DNA of 64,000 nt from Escherichia coli (GCF_003334305.1 NZ_QOWS01000004.1), one strand, 5' to 3'. Counted from the stretch's first letter, positions 33,675 through 46,151 are shown. Notes: generated by a model not told the origin, from the sequence alone. Translations and numbers: made by a program.

Positions 33675-33865
33675 CATCTTCTCCTTAAAGCGATTAATAA
33701 ATCTTAATAGTATTGATTAACAGGCTAAAATTAACGCCTAACACTATTCAGCATATGTTACTTACGCGGCTTCGCCAGGATATCCAGATAATTCTGATGG
33801 TTAGCACTCTCCTTGTATCAAAGTGAATTTTGCGTCACGATCGGTGCATCAAGCCGAGGAGTACC

Positions 33866-35071
33866 ATGAACGTTTTTAATCCCGCGCAGTTTCGCGCCCA
33901 GTTTCCCGCACTACAGGATGCGGGCGTCTATCTCGATAGCGCCGCGACCGCGCTTAAACCTGAAGCCGTGGTTGAAGCCACTCGACAGTTTTACAGCCTG
34001 AGCGCCGGAAACGTCCATCGCAGCCAGTTTGCCGAAGCCCAACGCCTGACCGCGCGTTATGAAGCTGCACGAGAGAAAGTGGCGCAATTACTGAATGCAC
34101 CGGATGATAAAACTATCGTCTGGACGCGCGGCACCACTGAATCCATCAACATGGTGGCACAATGCTATGCGCGTCCGCGTCTGCAACCGGGCGATGAGAT
34201 TATTGTCAGCGTGGCAGAACACCACGCTAACCTCGTCCCCTGGCTGATGGTCGCCCAACAAACTGGAGCCAAAGTGGTGAAATTGCCGCTTAATGCGCAG
34301 CGACTGCCGGATGTCGATTTGTTGCCAGAACTGATTACTCCCCGTAGTCGGATTCTGGCGTTGGGTCAGATGTCGAACGTTACTGGCGGTTGCCCGGATC
34401 TGGCGCGAGCGATTACCTTTGCTCATTCAGCCGGGATGGTGGTGATGGTTGATGGTGCTCAGGGGGCAGTGCATTTCCCCGCGGATGTTCAGCAACTGGA
34501 TATTGATTTCTATGCTTTTTCAGGTCACAAACTGTATGGCCCGACAGGTATCGGCGTGCTGTATGGTAAATCAGAACTGCTGGAGGCGATGTCGCCCTGG
34601 CTGGGCGGCGGCAAAATGGTTCACGAAGTGAGTTTTGACGGCTTCACGACTCAATCTGCGCCGTGGAAACTGGAAGCTGGAACGCCAAATGTCGCTGGTG
34701 TCATAGGATTAAGCGCGGCGCTGGAATGGCTGGCAGATTACGATATCAACCAGGCCGAAAGCTGGAGCCGTAGCTTAGCAACGCTGGCGGAAGATGCGCT
34801 GGCGAAACGTCCCGGCTTTCGTTCATTCCGCTGCCAGGATTCCAGCCTGCTGGCCTTTGATTTTGCTGGCGTTCATCATAGCGATATGGTGACGCTGCTG
34901 GCGGAGTACGGTATTGCCCTGCGGGCCGGGCAGCATTGCGCTCAGCCGCTACTGGCAGAATTAGGCGTAACCGGCACACTGCGCGCCTCTTTTGCGCCAT
35001 ATAATACAAAGAGTGATGTGGATGCGCTGGTGAATGCCGTTGACCGCGCGCTGGAATTATTGGTGGATTAA
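33866..35071 (+). CDS. csdA: Cysteine desulfurase / cysteine sulfinate desulfinase CsdA
   Basis: The ORF track begins at 33830; the recognised protein begins [35 protein letters not shown] at the ATG at 33866 (401 aa), preceded by the RBS gagga. PLP-dependent class V aminotransferase fold. Confidence 0.94.
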   Translation: MNVFNPAQFRAQFPALQDAGVYLDSAATALKPEAVVEATRQFYSLSAGNVHRSQFAEAQRLTARYEAAREKVAQLLNAPDDKTIVWTRGTTESINMVAQCYARPRLQPGDEIIVSVAEHHANLVPWLMVAQQTGAKVVKLPLNAQRLPDVDLLPELITPRSRILALGQMSNVTGGCPDLARAITFAHSAGMVVMVDGAQGAVHFPADVQQLDIDFYAFSGHKLYGPTGIGVLYGKSELLEAMSPWLGGGKMVHEVSFDGFTTQSAPWKLEAGTPNVAGVIGLSAALEWLADYDINQAESWSRSLATLAEDALAKRPGFRSFRCQDSSLLAFDFAGVHHSDMVTLLAEYGIALRAGQHCAQPLLAELGVTGTLRASFAPYNTKSDVDALVNAVDRALELLVD

Positions 35072-35514
35072 TGACAAACCCGCAATTCGCCGGACATCCG
35101 TTCGGCACAACCGTAACCGCAGAAACGTTACGCAATACCTTCGCACCGTTGTCGCAATGGGAAGATAAATATCGCCAGTTGATCATGCTGGGGAAACAGC
35201 TTCCGGCTTTGCCAGACGAGTTAAAAGCGCAGGCTAAAGAGATTGCCGGATGCGAAAACCGCGTCTGGCTGGGATATACCGTGACTGAAAACGGTAAAAT
35301 GCACTTCTTTGGCGACAGCGAAGGGCGCATTGTGCGCGGCCTGTTGGCGGTGTTGTTGACTGCCGTTGAGGGGAAAACCGTCGCCGAATTGCAGGCACAG
35401 TCGCCGCTGGCATTGTTTGATGAGCTGGGATTGCGTGCACAGCTTAGCGCCTCACGCAGCCAGGGGTTGAATGCGTTAAGCGAGGCGATTATCGCTGCGG
35501 CGAAGCAGGTTTAA
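35071..35514 (+). CDS. csdE: Sulfur acceptor protein CsdE (SufE-like)
   Basis: 147-aa [51 protein letters not shown]...; start overlaps the csdA stop. Confidence 0.93.
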   Translation: MTNPQFAGHPFGTTVTAETLRNTFAPLSQWEDKYRQLIMLGKQLPALPDELKAQAKEIAGCENRVWLGYTVTENGKMHFFGDSEGRIVRGLLAVLLTAVEGKTVAELQAQSPLALFDELGLRAQLSASRSQGLNALSEAIIAAAKQV

Positions 35515-35526
35515 GCACAGAACCAG

Positions 35527-35556
35527 GTCGGATAAGACGTTCGCGTCGCATCCGAC
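35527..35556. repeat. REP-like palindromic unit
   Basis: gtcggataagacgttcgcgtcgcatccgac is an imperfect palindrome in the csdE/tcdA convergent spacer. Confidence 0.6.
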
Positions 35557-35564
35557 CTGATTGT

Positions 35565-36371
35565 TTAACCCTGACGCGCCGCTTTCGCCATCATCTTCTT
35601 CAGCGCATGAGAAACCGCAACAAACCCAAAGGTGGCGGTCACCATCGTTGCCGCGCCAAATCCAGATGCACAATCCATCCGCTTCGGCCCTTCTGCCGTG
35701 GCTTTCATCGCACACACAGTACCGTCTGACTGCGGGTACACCAGCGCTTCAGTAGAAAACACGCAATCGACGCCGAGCTTACCTTTACTGTTTTTCACTA
35801 CGCCAAAATCGCTTTTCAGGCGCTCGCGCAACTTCGCCGCCAGCGGATCCTGAATCGTTTTCGCCAGATCGGTAACCTGAATCTGCGTCGGGTCAATCTG
35901 CCCACCCGCGCCACCGGTCGTGACCAGCGGGATTTTATTGCGCCGACAATAAGCAATCAGCGCCGCTTTGGGCCGTACACTATCAATGGCATCAATCACG
36001 TACGAATAACCCACGCTCATATACTGCGCTACGTTATCCGGCGTCACGAAATCATCCACCACCGTTACACGGCACTCCGGGTTAATCTGGCGAATACGCT
36101 CCGCCATGACTTCCGCTTTTGCCAGCCCGACGTTATCGCGCAGAGCGTGAATTTGCCGATTGGTATTGGTGACGCACACATCATCCATATCGATAAGCGT
36201 GATTGCGCCAATCCCCGTGCGCGCCAGCGCTTCCGCCGCCCAGGAACCGACACCACCGATACCAACCACACAAATATGCGCGTCAGCAAACAGTTGCAAC
36301 GCTTTTTCACCATACAGACGCGCTGTGCCACCAAAACGCTGACGCCATGCATCACTAATTACCACAGACAT
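35565..36371 (-). CDS. tcdA: tRNA threonylcarbamoyladenosine dehydratase TcdA (CsdL/YgdL)
   Basis: 268-aa ORF MSVVISDAWRQRFGGTARLYGEKALQLFADAHICVVGIGGVGSWAAE... with an E1-like (ThiF/MoeB) nucleotide-binding motif GxGGxG. Confidence 0.93.
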   Translation of the reverse strand: MSVVISDAWRQRFGGTARLYGEKALQLFADAHICVVGIGGVGSWAAEALARTGIGAITLIDMDDVCVTNTNRQIHALRDNVGLAKAEVMAERIRQINPECRVTVVDDFVTPDNVAQYMSVGYSYVIDAIDSVRPKAALIAYCRRNKIPLVTTGGAGGQIDPTQIQVTDLAKTIQDPLAAKLRERLKSDFGVVKNSKGKLGVDCVFSTEALVYPQSDGTVCAMKATAEGPKRMDCASGFGAATMVTATFGFVAVSHALKKMMAKAARQG

Positions 36372-36447
36372 AGCACCTCAGAATTAAAAAGGGTGAGGTT
36401 ATCCCTCACCCTGGCGTATCCGTAAAAACGGTATACAGAATAACACA

Positions 36448-37545
36448 TCAGCCGCTAAAGACGTTACCTGCGCCCGGGGCGGTTTTCAGCACCCAGACAC
36501 GTCCATAGTGGTTGTACCAACCTGCGCGATGTCCGGCTTCCGGCCCGATCCCTTGATAGATATCGAAGTGTTGGCCTTTGATTGCGCCACCGACATCCAG
36601 CGCCACCATCAGACGCAATTCGTACTGACCGTTAAATTTGCCGTTATTATCCAGCAGCGGCACTTCTGCCAGCAAGGTAGTACCTGGCGGAATAATTGAA
36701 CGATCGGAGGCAACAGAAGCACGGCCAACCAGCGGCACCGCACTTGCCCCTTTCACCGGTGCAAAAGATTGCGGTTTAAAGAAGACGAAAGACGGGTTCT
36801 GTTCCAGCAGCTCGCGAACCTCGGCTTCACTGTGTGTTTCGCCCCAATGACGAATCGCCTGCATCGACATATCTTCTTTTTTCACTTCGCCACGGTCGAT
36901 CAGCACCTTACCAATGCTGCGATAGGCATGACCGTTTTTCCCTGCATAGCTGAAAAAGTTAAGCGGACTGCCATCACCAAAGTCGATATACCCGCTACCC
37001 TGCACATCCATAATGAAGTTATCCATCAGGGAGTTGCTGTAAGCGAGAATATATTTATCACTCAGCGCCCCTGCGTAGATCTCCGCACGAGACGGCAGAC
37101 GACCACGTTTTGGCGGCATACGGTAAATCGGATACTGGAACTCGCCCTGGCGGGTATGGCGCGCCTGAATTACCGGCGTGTAATAGCCTGTAAACTGCAC
37201 GTTACCATAGTTGTCGGCACCTTCCATCTGCCAGGCATCAATGCCGAACTGACGCATATTGCGGGTATCACCGCCTGCGCGCAGCCACTCTTGCACCGCG
37301 TTATAAACATTACTCTGGTTGCCATACAGACGCGGTGACGAATTACGGATATGGTTAATTTGCTCGGCAAAATCACCGGCGTTAATCGGCGCGCCAACGG
37401 CATCTGGCTGGTTCACCAGAGAGAAAGGCTGGGTAAATTTCCCGTCTTTATATTGCTGTCCGCGATCGGTTGGTTTGGAAGAGCAGGCGGCAAGCATTGC
37501 CACAACCGTGCCCATAAGAAGGTACTTTACCCAACGTCCTTTCAT
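36448..37545 (-). CDS. mltA: Membrane-bound lytic murein transglycosylase A (lipoprotein)
   Basis: The ORF track runs to 37890 (480 aa) but that extension crosses the tRNA locus. The recognised protein begins MKGRWVKYLLMGTVVAMLAACSSKPTD (lipobox LAAC) at the ATG that is the reverse complement of 37543-37545, giving 365 aa. Confidence 0.93.
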   Translation of the reverse strand: MKGRWVKYLLMGTVVAMLAACSSKPTDRGQQYKDGKFTQPFSLVNQPDAVGAPINAGDFAEQINHIRNSSPRLYGNQSNVYNAVQEWLRAGGDTRNMRQFGIDAWQMEGADNYGNVQFTGYYTPVIQARHTRQGEFQYPIYRMPPKRGRLPSRAEIYAGALSDKYILAYSNSLMDNFIMDVQGSGYIDFGDGSPLNFFSYAGKNGHAYRSIGKVLIDRGEVKKEDMSMQAIRHWGETHSEAEVRELLEQNPSFVFFKPQSFAPVKGASAVPLVGRASVASDRSIIPPGTTLLAEVPLLDNNGKFNGQYELRLMVALDVGGAIKGQHFDIYQGIGPEAGHRAGWYNHYGRVWVLKTAPGAGNVFSG

Positions 37546-37712
37546 TGTTCTCTTCTTCAGGTTAAAAAATAAGGCGCAACGAAGATAACAAACCGCCGCG
37601 TTTAATGAAATGAGCAGCCTCTCCCTGACGCAAATTTTGCACAAAAAATAGGCTTTAGTGATTTGTTTTTGTTCAAAATCATGCCAAATCCGTGATCGGG
37701 GTAAAAAAAAGG

Positions 37713-37740
37713 TTGCATGAAAACGCGAGCGGAGTATAGT
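37713..37740 (+). promoter_or_regulatory. Sigma70-type promoter for the tRNA-fMet gene
   Basis: TTGCAT (-35), a 16-bp spacer, then TATAGT (-10), followed by a GC-rich discriminator (gcgc) about 10 nt before the tRNA 5' end; this is typical of a stringently controlled stable-RNA promoter. Confidence 0.6.
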
Positions 37741-37753
37741 GCGCATCCACGGA

Positions 37754-37830
<77 letters not shown>

Positions 37831-37837
37831 ATTATTG

Positions 37838-37864
37838 AACACCCTAACGGGTGTTTTTTTGTTT
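37838..37864 (+). terminator. Rho-independent terminator downstream of tRNA-fMet
   Basis: aacaccc taac gggtgtt stem-loop followed by TTTTTTTGTTT. Confidence 0.7.
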
Positions 37865-37874
37865 CTGCTCTCCC

Positions 37875-37903
37875 AAAAAAAAAGCGCCATTCAGCGCCTT
37901 TTT
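37875..37903. terminator. Bidirectional terminator-like hairpin between the tRNA and the amiC 3' end
   Basis: aaaaaaaaa GCGCCATTCAGCGCC ttttt: a short GC stem flanked by an A-run and a T-run, so it can act in both orientations; it ends 2 nt before the amiC stop codon. Confidence 0.5.
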
Positions 37904-37904
37904 A

Positions 37905-39158
37905 TCATCCCCTTCTCGCCAGCGTCGCCCCATCGGCAAAATACGCTTTAATTCCCGCAAGAATAGACTCCGCAACTTCCTGCTGGAAAGTCGCCGTTTT
38001 CAGTTTACGCTCTTCCTCAACGTTACTGATAAACGCCGTTTCGACCAGAATGGAGGGAATATCTGGTGCCTTTAGTACGGCAAACCCGGCCTGTTCAACT
38101 TGATTTTTATGCAGCTTGTTGATTTTACCGAGCTTATTCAGTACCGCTTTACCAAACTTCAGGCTGTCGGCAATGGTCAGCGACTGCACCATATCGAACA
38201 TGGTGTGGTCGACATAGCGGTCACCGCTTTTGCTCACGCCACCAATCAAGTCCGAGGCGTTCTGGGTTTGTGCCAGATATTTTGCCGCAGTACTGGTTGC
38301 ACCTTTGGTTGAGAGCGCAAACACAGAGGAACCGCTCGGCTGACGACTGGTAAAGGCGTCGGCATGGATAGAGACAAACAGGTCAGCACGCTGTTTCTGG
38401 GCTTTTGCTACGCGCACTTGCAACGGAATGAAGATGTCTTCATTGCGCGTCATGTACACCTTCATATTGCCCTCTTTCTCGATCAGAGAGCGCAAACGGC
38501 GAGCTATTTGCAATACCACGTCTTTTTCGCGCGTTTTGTATTTCCCCACCGCACCGGAGTCTTCGCCACCGTGGCCAGGGTCAAGCATAATGACAATCGG
38601 ACGATCGCGCCCTGCTTTACCCGGTTGTGGACCACTTTGTGCTGGCGGCACCTGCTTTTCGAGGTCGCCTTTGTTGTAATCCTCCAGCAGCGCCAGCAGC
38701 GGGTCCTGCATATCCTGTGCATTGGCCGGATAGAGGTCCATCACCAGACGCTCTTTAAACCCGGCGACCGGCGCAAGGGCAAACAGCTGCGGTTTTACGT
38801 TTTGCTTTAATTCAAAAACCATCCGTACGGTCTGCGGGTCAAATTGCCCGACGCGCGCCGACTTGATGAACGGGTCGTCTGCACGAATTTGTGCCGCCAT
38901 CCCCTTGAGTACCGAGTTCAGGTTTACATCTTCGATATCCACCACCACGCGTTCCGGGTTACTCAACGCGAACTGCTTATATTTCAGCTGACGATTTGAT
39001 TCTACCGTCACACGGGTGTAGCTGGACGCAGGCCAGACGCGCACCGCCACGACCTGGCTGACCGCAGCCAGACTGACCTGACTTACGCTCAATAGCCACA
39101 TGGCACCCGCGCCTTGCAGTAAACGACGACGGCTGATTGCAGTGTTGGATCCTGACAT
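37905..39158 (-). CDS. amiC: N-acetylmuramoyl-L-alanine amidase AmiC (Tat-exported)
   Basis: The ORF track begins at 39248; the recognised protein begins [31 protein letters not shown] (twin-arginine signal motif) at the ATG that is the reverse complement of 39156-39158, giving 417 aa. Confidence 0.93.
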
Positions 39159-39340
39159 GCCTCTCCCGAGCAAAAGAAATCTAAGCTGTGTAACAAGTAA
39201 ACGACTAATTTGACCGGAAACTTTAGCGAAAGACGCATAATCTGTCATCTAATAAACGGTAAACATTCTTTTTATATTCACGGCATTACTGATAAAAAAG
39301 TCGCTCTCGCATAAAATTTACACTTGCACCCTGCGAAAAA

Positions 39341-39378
39341 ACAGAATAAAAATACACTAATTTCGAATAATCATGCAA
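39341..39378. promoter_or_regulatory. Candidate ARG boxes (ArgR operator) upstream of argA
   Basis: agaataaaaatacac and tcgaataatcatgca are two adjacent imperfect matches to the TGAAT-w4-ATTCA ARG-box consensus, immediately upstream of the argA GTG start. Confidence 0.4.
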
Positions 39379-39389
39379 AGGGGTGTGCC

Positions 39390-40721
39390 GTGGTAAAGGA
39401 ACGTAAAACCGAGCTGGTCGAGGGATTCCGCCATTCGGTTCCCTATATCAATACCCACCGGGGAAAAACGTTTGTCATCATGCTCGGCGGTGAAGCCATT
39501 GAGCATGAGAATTTCTCCAGTATCGTTAATGATATCGGGTTGTTGCACAGCCTCGGCATCCGTCTGGTGGTGGTCTATGGCGCACGTCCGCAGATCGACG
39601 CAAATCTGGCCGCGCATCACCACGAACCGCTGTATCACAAGAATATACGTGTGACCGACGCCAAAACACTGGAACTGGTGAAGCAGGCTGCGGGAACATT
39701 GCAACTGGACATCACTGCTCGCCTGTCGATGAGTCTCAATAACACGCCGCTACAGGGCGCGCATATCAACGTCGTCAGTGGCAATTTTATTATTGCCCAG
39801 CCGCTGGGCGTCGATGACGGCGTGGATTACTGCCATAGCGGGCGTATCCGGCGGATTGATGAAGACGCGATCCATCGTCAACTGGACAGCGGTGCAATAG
39901 TGCTAATGGGGCCGGTCGCTGTTTCAGTCACTGGCGAGAGCTTTAATCTGACCTCGGAAGAGATTGCCACTCAACTGGCCATCAAACTGAAAGCTGAAAA
40001 GATGATTGGTTTTTGCTCTTCCCAAGGCGTCACTAATGACGACGGTGATATTGTCTCCGAACTTTTCCCTAACGAAGCGCAAGCACGGGTAGAAGCCCAG
40101 GAAGAGAAAGGCGATTACAACTCCGGTACGGTGCGCTTTTTGCGTGGCGCAGTGAAAGCCTGCCGCAGCGGCGTGCGTCGCTGTCATTTAATCAGTTATC
40201 AGGAAGATGGCGCGCTGTTGCAAGAGTTGTTCTCACGCGACGGTATCGGTACGCAGATTGTGATGGAAAGCGCCGAGCAGATTCGTCGCGCAACAATCAA
40301 CGATATTGGCGGTATTCTGGAGTTGATTCGCCCGCTGGAGCAGCAAGGTATTCTGGTGCGCCGTTCTCGCGAGCAGCTGGAGATGGAAATCGACAAATTC
40401 ACCATTATTCAGCGCGATAACACGACTATTGCCTGCGCCGCGCTCTATCCGTTCCCGGAAGAGAAGATTGGGGAAATGGCCTGTGTGGCAGTTCACCCGG
40501 ATTACCGCAGTTCATCACGGGGCGAGGTTCTGCTGGAACGCATTGCCGCTCAGGCGAAGCAGAGCGGCTTAAGCAAATTATTTGTGCTGACCACGCGCAG
40601 TATTCACTGGTTCCAGGAACGTGGATTTACCCCAGTGGATATTGATTTACTGCCCGAGAGCAAAAAGCAGTTGTACAACTACCAGCGTAAATCCAAAGTG
40701 TTGATGGCGGATTTAGGGTAA
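39390..40721 (+). CDS. argA: N-acetylglutamate synthase
   Basis: The ORF track begins at 39324; the recognised protein begins (M)[36 protein letters not shown] at an in-frame GTG (39390-39392), giving 443 aa. It has an amino-acid-kinase-like domain followed by a GNAT domain. Confidence 0.92.
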   Translation: MVKERKTELVEGFRHSVPYINTHRGKTFVIMLGGEAIEHENFSSIVNDIGLLHSLGIRLVVVYGARPQIDANLAAHHHEPLYHKNIRVTDAKTLELVKQAAGTLQLDITARLSMSLNNTPLQGAHINVVSGNFIIAQPLGVDDGVDYCHSGRIRRIDEDAIHRQLDSGAIVLMGPVAVSVTGESFNLTSEEIATQLAIKLKAEKMIGFCSSQGVTNDDGDIVSELFPNEAQARVEAQEEKGDYNSGTVRFLRGAVKACRSGVRRCHLISYQEDGALLQELFSRDGIGTQIVMESAEQIRRATINDIGGILELIRPLEQQGILVRRSREQLEMEIDKFTIIQRDNTTIACAALYPFPEEKIGEMACVAVHPDYRSSSRGEVLLERIAAQAKQSGLSKLFVLTTRSIHWFQERGFTPVDIDLLPESKKQLYNYQRKSKVLMADLG

Positions 40722-40733
40722 GCGATGAAAATC

Positions 40734-40774
40734 GTCGGATGCGACATGCGTAACACTCGTACGTCGCATCCGGC
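40734..40774. repeat. REP-like palindromic unit
   Basis: cggatgcgacatgcgtaacactcgtacgtcgcatccggc contains the inverted repeats cggatgcgac / gtcgcatccg, in the argA/recD convergent spacer. Confidence 0.6.
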
Positions 40775-40782
40775 AATTACGT

Positions 40783-42609
40783 TTATTCCCGTGAACTAAA
40801 CAACGCCGCCAGACCACTGCGCCGCTCAGTACGAGTGGCGATTGCCGCACTTAATATGCGCTCATCGGCATACAGCGACAGACGGCGACGCGCGCGGGTC
40901 ACCGCGGTATAAACCAGCTCTCGCGTTACTACCGGCGTGCGTTGGCTCGGCAAAATCAACGCCGCATGGTCGAACTCCGATCCCTGCGATTTATGTACCG
41001 TCATCGCCCACGTAGTTTCGTGCTCTGGCAAGCGACTCGGTTGCACAGACTTAATATTGCCGTCCGGCATCGCAAACCAGACGCGCGTCCCCTGCCCGCG
41101 ATCCAGCGCAATACCGATATCGCCATTAAACAACCCAAGCGCGCTGTCATTACGGGCAATCATCACCGGTCGACCTTCGTACCAACGAGAGTGCGGATGA
41201 CGATGAATTTTGCGCTTCTGTTGCATAAACTGCTCAATTCGCTCATTCAGTCCAGCCACGCCAAACGGCCCTTCCCGCAGGGCGCACAAAAGCTGGTACT
41301 CATTGAACGCCTGAATGATTAAATCCGGCTCGGCACGCGCTTGCAGCAGATCCAGATAACGTCCGTAACCCGCAAGAGCTTCCTCAAGCATCGCAATATA
41401 ATCTTCGCCGCTCTGTAAAAGCCGTTTTTCGATATCAGTAAAATCCTGCTGAAAAACGGTTTTCACTGCCGTTTTATCACCACGGTTGATCGCCGCAGCT
41501 AACTGACCAATGCCAGAATCGCTGCCGAAACGATAGCTTTTTTGCAGCAGGCAGAGACTGTCGCGCAAAGATGCCGCTTCTGTGCCGGTTCCTGCCGGAA
41601 CGTGAGTCCCCGTCAGGCGGCTTAGCTGCCCGGCACGCTCGGCGGTAAAGCCGGCATTGGCATAAGCGCAGATATCGCCCAGCACAGCCCCAGCCTCAAC
41701 CGAGGCCAGTTGATCACGATCGCCGAGAAAGATCACTCGCGCATGATCGGGCAAGGCGTCGATCAGTCTCGACATCATAGGCAGATCGATCATTGACGCT
41801 TCATCTACCACCAGCACATCAAGATGCAGCGGGTTACCGGCATGATGACGTAAACGCTGGCTACCCGGCTGCGCACCCAGCAATCGGTGCAAAGTACTGG
41901 CATCTTCCGGAATGCGTTTCTTTTGTTCATCGGTCAGCGGTAACTGTCGCAAAGCCTTGCCGAGAGATTCGGTTAAGCGCGCGGCAGCTTTACCCGTTGG
42001 TGCAGCCAGACGGATACGGCAGCGTTCGCCGTCGGCCATTTGAATTAACGCTGCCAGTAACTTCGCCACGGTGGTCGTTTTACCGGTGCCTGGGCCGCCG
42101 GAAATCACCGAGATCCGCCGCGTCAGCGCCACTGCCGCTGCAACTTTTTGCCAGTTAATTTCATCGCTTACTGGAAAAAGTTTGTCCAGGGTTTGCGCCA
42201 GTAGAGCTTCATCAACCTCAATGGCATGATTCACCTCATTGAAGAAGCGCGCTACCGTCCGCTCGTTACACCACATGCGATTCAAATAAAGACGATCGCC
42301 ACAGAGGATCATCGGCGTGGGTTCATCTCCCCTGCTGACTGCTTGAGAAGCCAGCAAGCATTCTTCCCAATTTTGTAGCTCACCGATTTCACTGACACAG
42401 GTCGCCAACAGCGGATGCGACGCCTCGTTATTTTCCAGTCGTGAAAGCGGCAAACAGACGTGTCCCTCTCCGGCATCATGACTTAACAGTGCCGCCGCGA
42501 GGGTGACGGCAGGATGTTCATCTCCCGCCACGGTCAGGGCAAATTGCACATCCAGCGGGCGTAGCTGTTTGTGCTCCACAGCTTCCAGTAATTGCTTTTG
42601 CAATTTCAT
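40783..42609 (-). CDS. recD: Exodeoxyribonuclease V alpha subunit (RecD helicase)
   Basis: 608-aa [32 protein letters not shown]... with Walker [10 protein letters not shown]. Confidence 0.96.
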   Translation of the reverse strand: MKLQKQLLEAVEHKQLRPLDVQFALTVAGDEHPAVTLAAALLSHDAGEGHVCLPLSRLENNEASHPLLATCVSEIGELQNWEECLLASQAVSRGDEPTPMILCGDRLYLNRMWCNERTVARFFNEVNHAIEVDEALLAQTLDKLFPVSDEINWQKVAAAVALTRRISVISGGPGTGKTTTVAKLLAALIQMADGERCRIRLAAPTGKAAARLTESLGKALRQLPLTDEQKKRIPEDASTLHRLLGAQPGSQRLRHHAGNPLHLDVLVVDEASMIDLPMMSRLIDALPDHARVIFLGDRDQLASVEAGAVLGDICAYANAGFTAERAGQLSRLTGTHVPAGTGTEAASLRDSLCLLQKSYRFGSDSGIGQLAAAINRGDKTAVKTVFQQDFTDIEKRLLQSGEDYIAMLEEALAGYGRYLDLLQARAEPDLIIQAFNEYQLLCALREGPFGVAGLNERIEQFMQQKRKIHRHPHSRWYEGRPVMIARNDSALGLFNGDIGIALDRGQGTRVWFAMPDGNIKSVQPSRLPEHETTWAMTVHKSQGSEFDHAALILPSQRTPVVTRELVYTAVTRARRRLSLYADERILSAAIATRTERRSGLAALFSSRE

Positions 42610-45600
42610 TACGCCTCCTCCAGGGTCATACCGGCAAACATCTCATCCATCAGGGCAATCAACCCGGCGTTGGGTCGGGTTGTGTAAATCCCTTGTTGCG
42701 GATGTTCTTTATCAACGCCACGCAGGAACAGATAGATAACGCCGCCAAAGTGACGATCATAGTCGTAATCAGCAATGCGATGGCGCAGATAACGATGCAG
42801 CGCCAGGGTATAAAGCTGATATTGCAGATCATAGCGGTGTGCCTGCATCGCTGCTGCCATAGCCTGTTGGGTGTAAGCCGAACTGTCTTCACCCAGCCAG
42901 TTGGATTTATAGTCGAGCAGGTAATAACGCCCTTCGTGGCGGAATACCAGGTCGATAAAGCCTTTTAACATGCCGCGTACCTGCATGAACTCCAGCGGCG
43001 GGCAGCCAGCGGATAGCGGGTCAAACTGGCGAATTAGTGCATCAAGCTGGCTGGCGATGAGCGGTTCGCTAATCGGCAGGTAAAACTCCATCTCCACCTG
43101 TTTATCGCGGTCGGAAAGCTGACTCAGGCTAACACCCGTTTCATTGAGAGATGCCTGGAGGACAGCCGTGATCCACTCGGTCAACACCGGTTCCCACTGC
43201 GATTCAAAGCCGCCGAGTTCCAGTTTTTCCTGTACCCAGTTCGGGTCAACCGGCCGGGTAAAATCGAGGTCTTCAAACAAACTGTGCAAGAATGTCCCCG
43301 GTGACGCACCGCGCGGGAACTGATGCGGTGTTAACGTCGGTTCTTCAACGACGCTGACCACGCCTGCGGCATCAACATCCAGCCGTGGCATCAGATCCTG
43401 AGCGATACCGTGACCACGCTGCTGCAAGCCGGAGTAGCTGGTGACACGCCAGTTATCGCCGGGCAATCGTTGTAGTGTCCTCGCATTCAGTTCTGCAGTT
43501 AAAGCATCATTAACCTGCCAGGGCTGGTTATCACCAGTTTGTGCCGTTTGCCAGGCAATATCATCATCGCATAACGCTTCAATACAGGTGCGAAGCCCTG
43601 CCGCATCTTGCGGTTCCCCTTTTTGCAGCAAACGCCCGAGCGCACTTTGGTGGACGTCGGTGTCACCTTTTTTATCGCCACGACGGCGCACCAGCGGTGC
43701 AACGCCGAGACTACAATGCCAAACCGAACGCGTCAGCGCCACGTAAAGCAAACGCAGATCTTCCGCCAGACGTTCGGCCTCCGCGAGATCGACACTTTCT
43801 GGCACAGCGTTAAGATCCAGAACAGCCTCAAACGAGTGTCGATCGTGATAAAACGCCTGATCCTGGACGCGGAAATTGGTAATAAATGGCAACCAGACCA
43901 GCGGATATTCCAGCCCTTTCGATTTATGTATCGTGACAATCTGCACCAAATGTTTGTCGCTTTCGAGGCGCATTTGTTGGCTGGAGGCATTACTGTCTGG
44001 CTCGAGGATATGTTGCGATAACCAGCGTACCAGCGCATGTTCACTTTCCAGCTGCGTTCCGGCTTCTTGTAGCAGTTCGCTGATATGCAAGATATCGGTA
44101 AGACGCCGCTCACCGCCTGCCGTTGCCAGCAAGTTTTCTGCAATGTTACGCGCCGACATCAGCGCCCGCAGCATCGGCATAACGCCACGTTTGCGCCAGA
44201 TTTGCCGATAACCATCGAACTCTTCGACTACCGCATCCCACGCATGTTCGTCATTATTCAGCGTTTCAATATCCAGCGCATTCAGCCCCATCATTGACGT
44301 TGCCAGCGCACTGCGCAGGGTGTTCTCACGTTCGGGCGTCATCACCGCCTGCAACAACCAAAGCATTTCCTGCGCTTCCAGAGTTTCAAAAACACTGTCG
44401 CGGTTCGAAAGGTAAACGGAAGGGATTTCCAGCAACGTTAAGGCATCGCGCACCTGGGCGGCCTCCTGGCGGCTGCGCACCAGCACGCTGATGTCCGAAG
44501 CACGCACCGAACGCGCGTCGTCGCCGTTCATCAGCAACGCTTCGCCCCGCTGTCCGGCTTGTAGCCAGTCGCGGATTTGCGCAGCACATACCTGCGCCAT
44601 GGTACTTTGATAGTCGCCAACGCCGCAGCTTTCGCCTTCCATCAGCCACATTTTCATCGCAGGCTGCGTTTCACCTTTAAATACAAAACGTAACGCCTGA
44701 TTTTTCCCGGCTGATTTCACTGGAATAAACGGTATTTCGCGAAACATGAACGCGTCATCAGTCTGGCTGAAAAGCTTATTCACGCTGTTCACCATTCCTG
44801 GTGCGGAACGCCAGTTGGTGTCTAAAGTGTAGTGGGCGTGAACTTCGCTACGCGCCTTCATATAAGTGAAGATATCCGCACCCCGGAATGCATATATGGC
44901 CTGTTTCGGGTCGCCAATTAGCAACAATGCGGTTTCCGGCTGATGGTGCCAGATACGGCGAAAAATTCGGTACTGCTGGGGGTCGGTATCCTGAAATTCA
45001 TCGATCATTGCCACCGGGAATCGCGTACGGATCGCCGCTGCCAACACCTCACCGCTTTCGCTACGCAGCGCGGAATCGAGCCGACTTAACATGTCATCAA
45101 AACCCAATTCGCCACGGCGGCGTTTTTCACGCGCTACTGTTTCGCGGATCTCAGCCAATGCGCGGGTGATCACCAGATCGCGGATCGACAATGGTTCTGC
45201 AAGCAGTTGATCGATCGCCTCAAACAGTGGATGTCGCGGGGTTTCCCCCCCGGCTTTCGTGCGATCTTCTAAGAAACGCTGGGAGAATTTTTCCAGCGAC
45301 TCTGGCAACTGATAACTGTTGGTCTCTTCTTCTGCCCAGGCGCTGATCTTTTCGATCCATTTAGCCTGATTACTACGGTTAAACTTGCGTCGATCAATAC
45401 CAGAAGATTCGATCAGCGCATCCAGTTCACCCACTGCGTCGCGCCACTGCTGTTTTACCGTATCAATACGCGCCACAATTTGCGCGTGGCGGGAAGCCAG
45501 CGTTTCATCATCGGGCGGCGGTGCTTTGATAACCGGCGCTTCGCCTTGCAGATAACGATTAATATCGCGCAGCAACGCCTGCGGCCCTTTCCAGGTTTCA

Positions 45601-46151
45601 AAGACGACCTGGGCTATTTCACGCGGCAGCGGGTAGCAGTGGCGACGCCAGAAATCGGCGCAGGCCTGGTAGCGTAGCAGAGACTCATCTTCAATCAGCT
45701 GCTGCTCAAACAGCATACCGGATTCAAAGGCATTCAGGTTGAGCATGCGCTGGCAAAAACCGTGAATAGTAAAGACTGCCGCTTCATCCATCTGCCGTTC
45801 GGCTAACAACAACCACTGCGCGGCTTGCGCTTTATCGTCGATCTCTTCCAGCAGGCGTTCGTACAGTGGATTGTCGGTGGTTTCACGCAGACAGGCGATG
45901 CGCAACTCGTGGATATTGCTACGGATACGACCGCGCAATTCTGCCGTGGCAGCCTCGGTAAAGGTGACCACCAGCAGTTCTTCAACGGTCAGCGGGCGGG
46001 GAAAGGCGGCGGAACCGCCTAGTCCAAGTAACAGGCGCAAATAGAGCGCCGCAATCGTAAAGGTTTTGCCTGTGCCGGCAGAGGCTTCAATCAGGCGCTC
46101 GCCCTGTAAGGGCAAGCGCAAAGGATCTAGTGTCTCGGCGACATCACTCAT
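42609..46151 (-). CDS. recB: Exodeoxyribonuclease V beta subunit (RecB helicase-nuclease)
   Basis: The ORF track begins at a GTG (46160); the recognised protein begins [41 protein letters not shown] at the ATG that is the reverse complement of 46149-46151, giving 1180 aa. Confidence 0.96.
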   Translation of the reverse strand: MSDVAETLDPLRLPLQGERLIEASAGTGKTFTIAALYLRLLLGLGGSAAFPRPLTVEELLVVTFTEAATAELRGRIRSNIHELRIACLRETTDNPLYERLLEEIDDKAQAAQWLLLAERQMDEAAVFTIHGFCQRMLNLNAFESGMLFEQQLIEDESLLRYQACADFWRRHCYPLPREIAQVVFETWKGPQALLRDINRYLQGEAPVIKAPPPDDETLASRHAQIVARIDTVKQQWRDAVGELDALIESSGIDRRKFNRSNQAKWIEKISAWAEEETNSYQLPESLEKFSQRFLEDRTKAGGETPRHPLFEAIDQLLAEPLSIRDLVITRALAEIRETVAREKRRRGELGFDDMLSRLDSALRSESGEVLAAAIRTRFPVAMIDEFQDTDPQQYRIFRRIWHHQPETALLLIGDPKQAIYAFRGADIFTYMKARSEVHAHYTLDTNWRSAPGMVNSVNKLFSQTDDAFMFREIPFIPVKSAGKNQALRFVFKGETQPAMKMWLMEGESCGVGDYQSTMAQVCAAQIRDWLQAGQRGEALLMNGDDARSVRASDISVLVRSRQEAAQVRDALTLLEIPSVYLSNRDSVFETLEAQEMLWLLQAVMTPERENTLRSALATSMMGLNALDIETLNNDEHAWDAVVEEFDGYRQIWRKRGVMPMLRALMSARNIAENLLATAGGERRLTDILHISELLQEAGTQLESEHALVRWLSQHILEPDSNASSQQMRLESDKHLVQIVTIHKSKGLEYPLVWLPFITNFRVQDQAFYHDRHSFEAVLDLNAVPESVDLAEAERLAEDLRLLYVALTRSVWHCSLGVAPLVRRRGDKKGDTDVHQSALGRLLQKGEPQDAAGLRTCIEALCDDDIAWQTAQTGDNQPWQVNDALTAELNARTLQRLPGDNWRVTSYSGLQQRGHGIAQDLMPRLDVDAAGVVSVVEEPTLTPHQFPRGASPGTFLHSLFEDLDFTRPVDPNWVQEKLELGGFESQWEPVLTEWITAVLQASLNETGVSLSQLSDRDKQVEMEFYLPISEPLIASQLDALIRQFDPLSAGCPPLEFMQVRGMLKGFIDLVFRHEGRYYLLDYKSNWLGEDSSAYTQQAMAAAMQAHRYDLQYQLYTLALHRYLRHRIADYDYDRHFGGVIYLFLRGVDKEHPQQGIYTTRPNAGLIALMDEMFAGMTLEEA

